A stretch of DNA of 32,000 nt. Source: Synechococcus elongatus PCC 6301 (GTDB lineage Bacteria > Cyanobacteriota > Cyanobacteriia > Synechococcales > Synechococcaceae). This document shows, in pieces, positions 11,001-18,294 of this stretch. A model generated the notes under the pieces. The model did no database searches, was not told where the DNA came from, and saw only the letters and a program-made list of their open reading frames with translations. Both the position numbers and the translations under genes were made by a program. The stretch is taken from NCBI RefSeq assembly GCF_000010065.1, contig NC_006576.1:240001-272000 (forward strand), given 5' to 3'. Position 1 is the stretch's first letter. Each line of letters starts with the position of its first letter.

Positions 11001-12395
11001 CCCGGCATTGCTGACGGAGGTACCGGAGTTGTCCCCTGCCGCAATGCCATTAATGCGGAAGCCATTATTGCCATTCAGCGCGGAGAGATTTAGGTCAGCA
11101 CTAAAGCCCCCCTTCTTGCCAAAGACCACATAGCTCTGACCAGAAGCCCCGCCATTGGGGTCGGCATTTCGTGCTCCAATGATCAGGTCATCAATCCCAT
11201 CCCCGTTCACATCCCCAGCACCATTGACAGAAAAGCCGGAGAGGTCAAACGCCGCAATGCCATTGATGGCAAAGCCATTGCTGCCATCCAAATCCGCAAG
11301 ATTCAGATCAGCACTGAAGCCCTGATCTGAGCCAAAGACCACATAGCTCTGACCGGCACTATTAGTGCCATTTGGGTCAGCACCAAAAGCCCCAATGATC
11401 AGGTCATCAATGCCGTCCCCATTCACATCCCCAGCACCACTGACAGAAAAGCCGGAACGGTCATAAGCTGTAATGCCATTGATGGCAAAGCCATTGCTGC
11501 CATTCAAATCTGCAAGATTCAGGGCAGCACTAAAGCCCTGATCTGAGCCAAAGACCACATAGCTCTGGCCAGAAGCACTGCCATTGGGGTCGGCACCACT
11601 TGCCCCAATGATGAAGTCATCAAAGCCATCCCCGTTCACATCCCCAGCACCACTGACAGAACGGCCGGAGTAGTCACTCGCAGTAATGCCATTGCTGGCA
11701 AAGCCATTGCTGCCATTCAAATCTGCAAGATTCAGGGCAGCACTAAAGCCCTGATCTGAGCCAAAGACCACATAGCTCTGACCAGACAGATTTCCATTAG
11801 GGTCAGCAAAATAAGCCCCAATGATCAGGTCATCAATCCCATCCCCATTCACATCCCCGGCACTACTGACTGAAAAGCCAGATTGGTCATACGCCGCAAT
11901 GCCATTGATGCGGAAGCCATTGCTGCCATTGAGAGTGGAGAGATTCAGGGCAGCACTAAAGCCCTGATCTGAACCAAAGACTACATAGCTCTGACCAGAC
12001 AGATTTCCATTAGGGTCGGCATAATTAGCCCCAACAATCAGGTCAGCAATGCCATCCCCATTCACATCCCCCGCATTACTCACAGAAATGCCAGAGCGGT
12101 CATCTGCCGCAATGCCATTGATGCGGAAGCCATTGCTGCCATCCAAATCCGCAAGGTTCAGATCAGCACTGAAGCCCTGATCTGAGCCAAAGACCACATA
12201 GCTCTGACCTGAATAGCCGCCATTGGGGTCGGCATAGTTAGCTCCAATGATGAGGTCATCAATACCATCGCCATTCACATCCCCAGCACCACTGACAGAA
12301 CGGCCAGAGTAGTCATACGCCGCAATGCCATTGATGCGGAAGCCATTGCTGCCATTGAGAGTGGAGAGATTTAGAGAAGCCTTGGCCATGACCAC
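8085..12395 (-). CDS. FG-GAP/integrin-alpha-like repeat protein with RTX-type C-terminal secretion region
   Basis: 1436 aa with fourteen FG-GAP units (consensus [54 protein letters not shown]), two cadherin-like spacer domains, then [33 protein letters not shown] and [18 protein letters not shown]. No N-terminal signal peptide is seen. Confidence 0.95.
   Translation of the reverse strand: [1436 protein letters not shown]
8352..8531 (-). other. RTX/hemolysin-type calcium-binding nonapeptide region
   Basis: Encodes [60 protein letters not shown], GGxGxDx(L/F)x nonapeptides. Confidence 0.9.
8532..8963 (-). repeat. Spacer domain copy 2 (about 144 aa)
   Basis: [63 protein letters not shown]... 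aligns without gaps to copy 1 at about 85% identity by hand. Confidence 0.9.
8964..10466 (-). repeat. FG-GAP block 2: seven tandem units, mostly 71 aa (213 bp)
   Basis: Seven AGDVNGDG..D cores counted. The sixth unit ends KKGG, as in block 1. The upper boundary is set where [14 protein letters not shown] begins and is approximate. Confidence 0.9.
10467..10898 (-). repeat. Spacer domain copy 1 (about 144 aa)
   Basis: [63 protein letters not shown]... Confidence 0.9.
10899..12395 (-). repeat. FG-GAP block 1: seven tandem units, mostly 71 aa (213 bp)
   Basis: Seven AGDVNGDG..D cores counted. Unit length was measured from FSA(D/A)LNL to the next. Confidence 0.9.
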
Positions 12396-12456
12396 ACCAA
12401 CGGGGAAAAGAACAGAATCGACAACAGGTTTGGTTTATAGAGGGATTCAGACCGGT

Positions 12457-13540
12457 TTAGCCCGATTCTTGGACTCGAATCATCCGCCGAATTTCATCAG
12501 TCTTGAAGCCAATCGCCATGGGTCTGCGTACCTGTGGCAACACCTGCACGTCATAGAGCTCTTTCACCACTCCTTCTATCCGCAGCTGATGCACCACATC
12601 CCCACTGCGTAAATCAATCACCGCTATCCCACAGCGCGGTTGCGCCGTGCTTTTGACTCAGCGTTTCGGTCAGCGGCAAATCACTAAACGTTTTGTTGTG
12701 CCGTGCTTGCGATAAACCAACAATCGCAAAGTCCCCATGAAAGGCTAAGCCCCGTAAATACCCCGCACAAAAAGCCACCGGCTCAAACTTGCCTTGCTCG
12801 AGATCAACAAAGCCAAACTCTCCAGTGCCTGAGTTTAAGAGCCAAAGCTTGTCTTGATACCAGCGCGGTGAATGGGGCATCGTCAGTCCTGTGAGTAGGA
12901 CTTCATTGCTGTCGATATCAATGACACAACCCCCACCCAAGCGATGCTCTCGCCAACCATCGGCCACATCCGATTGACTCACTACCGTCACGTAGCGCGG
13001 TTGTCCATCTCGGAATGCTAGGCCATTCAAATGGCAGCGGTCTTCTGCGGCTAGCTTGCTAATAAACGGTGGCTGCCACAGCGGTTGAAAGCTATGGCTC
13101 TCACTCATCACACTCAGGCAACTAAACGGCGTGTTGACTCCCACGATCTGTTCAGCACTACTGCTAAAGCTTCCTTCTCGTAGACCAATGTCATGGAGGT
13201 CTAGGTCTCCGGTGACATAGCTCAGCTGGGGAATGTAGAGCGCGTCATAGCCGTTATGAGTCTCCCCTGGGCTGAGAACGTTCTCGAAGCGCCAGAGTTG
13301 ATAGAGAGTACTCAGATACAGACTCGACCCTTGAGCGTAAAGCCCCATGCAGCGCTCAAAGGTTCGCTCAAAAACTGACAGCTCTCCGTTCGGCTGCAGG
13401 CCAATGAAAAATAGCTTGCCCGCTTGATAAGTCGAGAAGGTCAGACTCAAATGTTGCTCATACAGCCAAGCCGTAAACTGTCGTGAGGCGTTCAGCTCTA
13501 AGCTCGGTTGCTCAGCGCGATCGCTGCTGGGAATGCTCAT
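12457..13540 (-). pseudogene. TIGR03032/DUF4915-like protein gene, apparently frameshifted near 12651-12654
   Basis: Frame 1 (12614-13540) reads to ...RHNKTFSDLPLTETLSQK|HGATALWDSGD*. A frame offset by one base continues ST AQPRCGIAVIDLRSGDVVHQLRIEGVVKELYDVQVLPQVRRPMAIGFKTDEIRRMIRVQESG* to 12457, the family's usual C-terminus. Could instead be a sequencing error in an intact gene. Confidence 0.82.
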
Positions 13541-13829
13541 CGCTACTGTTTATTTGGCTCGCTTCAGTCCAAGGGACTCGGGGGAGATCAGAACACCCCT
13601 GCGGATTGCAATCTTGACCAGTGCCACTCAATCTTTACTGACTAGTATTGATTGAACGCTCGAATGATTACATTGGCGACATTAGTCTATACGCCTGATT
13701 ACTGATTGTGAAGACTGTTCTACACATTAAAACAAGTAGCAGCTCAACTTGTCCTAGTTAGCCCTGACCTCAGGATCAACGCCAATCAGTACAGCCAGAA
13801 ACACCTTAATTAATTCGAAAGATTTGATA

Positions 13830-14624
13830 TCAGAGCTGCAATGCCTCAAAGCGCGATCGCCAGTCCTCTAAATCAGTCCAGAGCGCCCGACCATCCCAGT
13901 GACTAACGGGGCGAAAACTGAGGCTATTGCTGAGGGCGATTGCTTCAACCTGATTCCGTTGTGACCAAGCGATTGAGGTTTCCTTTGCCCAGCCGGTTGC
14001 GAGCAAGCGCTGGCGCACAATCCCAGGCAGGGCTCCGTCACTGAGAGGTGGAGTCCACCAATCATCGTTGAGGCGGAAGAAGATATTGGCTGCTGCTGCT
14101 TCGCTGAGGCGATCGCTCGGGGTCAACAACAGCGCTTCATCGGCTTGCCGCTGTTCCGCCTCCTGTCGTGCCAAGACATTTTCTAGGTAGCTCAGCGTTT
14201 TGAAGCGCGACAGAATCGATTCAGGACACCGACGCACAGTTTGAGCCGTAATCAAGCGCAACGGCTGAAATTGAGGCTGACTCAAGCTCGGTACAATCAC
14301 CAGCAGCGGCTGCAGCGGTTCCGGCGATTGTAGGCCGCGCTGCCCACAGCCACGGGTCAGAGTCACTCGAAGCGCTCCCGTTTCGAGCTCGTTGTGATCA
14401 ACCGTTGCTTGCAACAGGTCAATGTTTGCATTCGGCGGCAGCGGAATCCGCAACTGCTGGGCACTACTTGTCAGGCGCTGCCAATGTTGCTCAGCCAGAC
14501 GAACCTTCCCCTGCCAGACCAGCAAGGTTTCAAACAAGCCATCCCCCAAGCTAAATCCGCGATCGGTGACGGCGATCGTCAGATCTTCCGTTGGGATCCA
14601 CTGACCGTTGCAGTAGCCAATCAT
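13830..14624 (-). CDS. pabC: Class IV aminotransferase, probable 4-amino-4-deoxychorismate lyase
   Basis: VTDRGFSLGDGLFETLLVWQGKVRLAEQHWQRL is a class IV PLP fold; adjacent to pabB with ATGA overlap. Confidence 0.82.
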   Translation of the reverse strand: MIGYCNGQWIPTEDLTIAVTDRGFSLGDGLFETLLVWQGKVRLAEQHWQRLTSSAQQLRIPLPPNANIDLLQATVDHNELETGALRVTLTRGCGQRGLQSPEPLQPLLVIVPSLSQPQFQPLRLITAQTVRRCPESILSRFKTLSYLENVLARQEAEQRQADEALLLTPSDRLSEAAAANIFFRLNDDWWTPPLSDGALPGIVRQRLLATGWAKETSIAWSQRNQVEAIALSNSLSFRPVSHWDGRALWTDLEDWRSRFEALQL

Positions 14625-16018
14625 GAGGGCTGGAGCGATCGCAACAGGGGTTGCACCTTGACCTGCATCTCAGCGCATTCGTCTAGCGGATCGGAGTCAG
14701 CGACGATGCCGCAACCGGCTTGAGCAAGGACTTGGCCTTGGCTGATTTGCAGCGTCCGAATCAAAATGCTGGCATCTAAGCTGCCGTCAAAGCCCAGCCA
14801 AAAGAGACTGCCACAGTAGGCTTGGCGGGGAATCGGTTCAAGCTCGTGAATAATTTCCATCGAGCGGATTTTAGGCGCTCCCGTAATCGATCCGCCCGGG
14901 AACGTTGCCCGCAGTAAATCCACCGCCGTCAAGCCCGATCGCAGTTGACCAATCACCTGCGAGGTGAGGTGATGGACGTGCTCGTAGCTTTCCAATTGGC
15001 AGAGTTGGGGCACCTGAATCGAGCGGGGACGACGAACGCGACCCAAGTCGTTGCGCAGGAGGTCGACGATCATTACGTTTTCTGCCCGATCCTTCTCACT
15101 GGCCTGCAACTCCGTCGCTAACTGGCGATCGTGAGCCGGATCGGCACTACGAGGACGAGTTCCCTTAATCGGGCGCGTTTCTACCCAGCCATCGCGGTCG
15201 AGGCGCAGAAAACGCTCCGGCGACACCGAGAGCAACTGAAAATCGCCCCCTGCGAAGTAGGCCGAAAAAGGTTCGGGGCTGAGCTGATAGAGCCGTCGAT
15301 AGAGTTGCCAAGGGCTCAGATCCTTTGGCTGACTGGCGCGAAAAGCCGTGGTTAAGTTGGCCTGAAAAATATCGCCAGCGCGAATGTGGCATTTGACCTG
15401 ATCCACAGCCTGACAAAAGTCAGCTTCAGTTTGCAGGGCTTGCCAATCAGCCTGAGGCTGCCAATCAGGAGACTGTGAAGGTAGAGCTGACTGCAGGCGA
15501 TCGCAGACCCATTGCAGTCGTTGTTCCGCCCGTTGCTGGCGATCGCGCGGATCCTGCAGCGGCAATCCCGAGGAGAAAATCCAGGTGCGCCGTTGCTGGC
15601 GATCGCAGGCAACCACCAAGTCATAGAGGCTCAACGACCAGAGCGGCAGTCGAGGTTCAACCGGTTTCGGTGTCGGGAGCCGCTCCAGCCAAGCCCCACA
15701 TTCATAGGACAGAAATCCGCAGATACCGCTCTGAAATGGAGGCAGGTCAGAGTCAGAATTCGTCTGCCAATCTACTGTGGCCAGTGACGTTGCCAAAGCC
15801 TGGAAAGGATCAGCCTCAGTTACCAAGCGATCGCCTCGCTGGGTGGCATAGGGCGACAGACAGAGGTAGGCGTAACGGCTTTCGGGCGTTGCTGGCTCCC
15901 CCAGATCGAGCAGGACTGCATGGGGATCTTGAGCGAAGGGCGCAAAGGCCTGCTGCGGATCGCACCAAGCAATTTCCCGCACCAAGGGTTGCACGACTCG
16001 ACGGGCGATCGCGGTCAT
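14621..16018 (-). CDS. pabB: Para-aminobenzoate / anthranilate synthase component I family
   Basis: Chorismate-binding motifs [40 protein letters not shown] and [10 protein letters not shown]. Assigned pabB rather than trpE by the pabC neighbour. Confidence 0.87.
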   Translation of the reverse strand: MTAIARRVVQPLVREIAWCDPQQAFAPFAQDPHAVLLDLGEPATPESRYAYLCLSPYATQRGDRLVTEADPFQALATSLATVDWQTNSDSDLPPFQSGICGFLSYECGAWLERLPTPKPVEPRLPLWSLSLYDLVVACDRQQRRTWIFSSGLPLQDPRDRQQRAEQRLQWVCDRLQSALPSQSPDWQPQADWQALQTEADFCQAVDQVKCHIRAGDIFQANLTTAFRASQPKDLSPWQLYRRLYQLSPEPFSAYFAGGDFQLLSVSPERFLRLDRDGWVETRPIKGTRPRSADPAHDRQLATELQASEKDRAENVMIVDLLRNDLGRVRRPRSIQVPQLCQLESYEHVHHLTSQVIGQLRSGLTAVDLLRATFPGGSITGAPKIRSMEIIHELEPIPRQAYCGSLFWLGFDGSLDASILIRTLQISQGQVLAQAGCGIVADSDPLDECAEMQVKVQPLLRSLQPS

Positions 16019-16710
16019 GGTTGGAGGCTAACGAGCGATCGCCCGATCGCGGTAGCCCATTCGGGATAGCCGGCTTCAATCAAGGCGCGATCGCGAATCC
16101 GGCAGGAATCACAACGGCCACAGGCTTCTGCACCACCGGCGTAGCAAGACCAAGTGGCTGGAATCGGCACGCCCAGCACCACGGCCCGCCGCACGATATC
16201 GACTTTGTGATCGTGAATCAACGGCGCAACCAGTTGCGGGGCTTGACCTTCGACGCCCACTTTGGAGGAGAGACTCGCCAGTTGCTGAAAAGCAGCCAAA
16301 TAGTCGGGACGACAGTCGGGATAGCCACTGTAATCCACCGCATTGATGCCGAGATAGATAGCGCTGGCCTGCTGCGCTTCTGCGAGCGAGAGTGCTAAGG
16401 CAATGAAGACCGTATTGCGCCCCGGCACGTAGGTTGACGGAATCTCACCGGCGACGACCCCGGACCCTGGCAGGGGTTCCGCCGCATCCGTCAGGGAAGA
16501 GCCGCCCCACTGGGCAATGTTGACATCGACAAAAAAGTGCTGATTGATCCCTAGAGCAGCCGCCACCGATCGCGCCGCTTCCAATTCCCGCACATGGCGC
16601 TGACCATAGCGAAACGAGAGGGCGATCGCTTCATAGCCATCAGCGATCGCCTGAGCCGCAGCGGTGGCAGAATCTAGCCCACCGGACAGCAACACTACAG
16701 CCTTGGCCAT
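16015..16710 (-). CDS. queC: 7-cyano-7-deazaguanine synthase
   Basis: [21 protein letters not shown]-loop and zinc-site residues [18 protein letters not shown]. The start is re-set from the track's 16794 to 16710. Confidence 0.95.
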   Translation of the reverse strand: MAKAVVLLSGGLDSATAAAQAIADGYEAIALSFRYGQRHVRELEAARSVAAALGINQHFFVDVNIAQWGGSSLTDAAEPLPGSGVVAGEIPSTYVPGRNTVFIALALSLAEAQQASAIYLGINAVDYSGYPDCRPDYLAAFQQLASLSSKVGVEGQAPQLVAPLIHDHKVDIVRRAVVLGVPIPATWSCYAGGAEACGRCDSCRIRDRALIEAGYPEWATAIGRSLVSLQP

Positions 16711-17330
16711 CAGCGCACTCCTAGAAACTTGTGCGTCTGCAAACTGACGCGCCAGCGGGGATGTTGCCGCACGTAATTGACGACGCGATCGCAACTTTCG
16801 GGGCTATTCCACTCGGGCTGCAGGAGTTTCAGGGTCGTCTCCGGCACCGCGATCGCCTCTTGCTCAGCAAAATCGAAGTCGGCATCTGTCTGAATCACGA
16901 CTTTCAGTTCATTCGCCCAGTTGTAATTCGCCGCCACCACCGCTTTGAAAGGCTTGGGCGAGAGTGTCACCCAGTCGAAAGAGCCACTGGGAGAAGCACT
17001 GCCAGAAGTTTCCAAGTGGCAACGTAGACCCTGCGATCGCAGAGCATTCGTCAGCTCTGTCAGATCATGCAACAGCGGTTCCCCGCCGGTGATCACGACA
17101 AATTGGGGCTGAGCAGCAACTGCGGCTTCCACTAGATCGGCGATCGCAACTTCGGGATGGCGATCGCGCGGCCAAGACTGCTTGGTATCACACCAAGGGC
17201 AGCCGACATCACAGCCCGCGAGTCTAATGAAAAAAGCACTACAGCCCATCCAAGCGCCTTCCCCTTGCACCGAATGGAAGGTCTCGACGATCGGGAGTGT
17301 GGCAGCGGCGATCGAGGTCAGAGCGGACAT
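16710..17330 (-). CDS. queE: 7-carboxy-7-deazaguanine synthase, radical SAM
   Basis: [39 protein letters not shown] contains the Cx(n)CxxC cluster motif of QueE; [12 protein letters not shown]. Confidence 0.94.
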   Translation of the reverse strand: MSALTSIAAATLPIVETFHSVQGEGAWMGCSAFFIRLAGCDVGCPWCDTKQSWPRDRHPEVAIADLVEAAVAAQPQFVVITGGEPLLHDLTELTNALRSQGLRCHLETSGSASPSGSFDWVTLSPKPFKAVVAANYNWANELKVVIQTDADFDFAEQEAIAVPETTLKLLQPEWNSPESCDRVVNYVRQHPRWRVSLQTHKFLGVR

Positions 17331-17334
17331 GGGG

Positions 17335-17511
17335 TTAGGGGCGCAGACCCAGCCAAGTGATCAGGTCTTGGTGGGTAAAAAATTCCAGCAGCAGTAGAGC
17401 TACAAAGCCAACCATGGCAAAGCGGCCATTGATCCGCTCGGCATAGGCGCTCCAGCCGAAGGCCGGATCAGGTTCGGGCAGATTGTCGCGTTTGGCCGAA
17501 TTGCCAGACAT
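17335..17511 (-). CDS. High-light-inducible (HLIP/Scp/CAB-like) single-helix protein
   Basis: Own translation, not in the ORF track: MSGNSAKRDNLPEPDPAFGWSAYAERINGRFAMVGFVALLLLEFFTHQDLITWLGLRP* (58 aa). It carries the chlorophyll-binding motif AERINGRFAMVGF. Stop is 4 nt before the queE start. Confidence 0.9.
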   Translation of the reverse strand: MSGNSAKRDNLPEPDPAFGWSAYAERINGRFAMVGFVALLLLEFFTHQDLITWLGLRP

Positions 17512-17636
17512 GGGGAAACCGTTGAGCGTTATCTTTTTTCGAGTCTAACGGCTGGCGAGAAGCCGCGCTTTGGCGCAGCGATCGCGGACTTTTATCGCCG
17601 CTACTATCAAGCTGGTTGGGCGATCGCTCCCGTGGG

Positions 17637-18292
17637 TCAGACTGCTCTTGCCAGTACGGCGTAAAAGGGATCTTGTCCTAGCCCCAACCACTGCTGCCAG
17701 CCCAGAGCGGGTGAGACTTCTGCAATCACTTCCGGTTCACTAAATCCAGCCGTCTGCGAATGTAGTGCTGCACCAAAGCCAAACGCTGGGCATCACTGCC
17801 GTCGCGCCAAGCCGCGATCGCTTTGGAGTAGAAGAGGCGATTGGAGAAGCTGATAATTAGCTGCCCGCCCGGACGGAGGACACGTCTTACCTCTGCCAAC
17901 ACCTGTTCGGGCTGCTGCAGATACTGCACTGAGACTGCGATCAAGACAGCATCAAAGCTACTGTCCAGCTCGGGGAGTGCGGACTGTTGATTGAGGTTCT
18001 GAACAAACCAGCGATCGCAGCGGGGATTGCGGTCGAGTTCCTGGGCATTGAGACCGTGGCCAACCACCGTCGCGAAGAGCATTTCCTCCGGCAGATGCGA
18101 GACCCAACTACTCATCAGATCCAGCACCTGACTGTTGGGCTGCAGGCGTTCGCGATAGAGCTGCGTTAAGCGCTTCAGGAAGGCGTCATCCACGTGGGTG
18201 ACAAAGCGCGGCTGTTCGTAGAACAGGGCATCATCACTGCCATCGAGTTTGCTGCGCTGTTCGGCTGTCAGCCAAGGTCCAACAACAGCCAT
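17637..18292 (-). pseudogene. Class I SAM-dependent methyltransferase gene with apparent frameshift near 17758-17765
   Basis: Track ORF 17726..18292 has SAM-MTase features (VLDLMSSWVSHLP, RVLRPGGQLIISFSNRLF) but ends QHYIRRRLDLVNRK*. The offset frame continues SQTAGFSEPEVIAEVSPALGWQQWLGLGQDPFYAVLARAV* to 17637, a plausible native C-terminus. Confidence 0.68.
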
Positions 18293-18294
18293 CT

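Noticed and set aside
8964-12395. 213-bp tandem repeat as a possible CRISPR or mobile repeat array
   Set aside because: The repeats are in frame, translate to FG-GAP units, and have no spacers or cas genes.
12325-12612. 95-aa plus-strand ORF between the FG-GAP gene and the TIGR03032-like gene
   Set aside because: It is antisense to the restored C-terminus of the TIGR03032-like gene.
12614-12661. Programmed ribosomal frameshifting in the TIGR03032-like gene
   Set aside because: Only a four-A run, no obvious stimulatory element and no stop or rare-codon arrangement at the shift site; treated as an indel instead.
15475-16398. 307-aa plus-strand ORF over pabB and queC
   Set aside because: Arg/Pro/Gly-rich antisense shadow of two genes with diagnostic motifs on the opposite strand.
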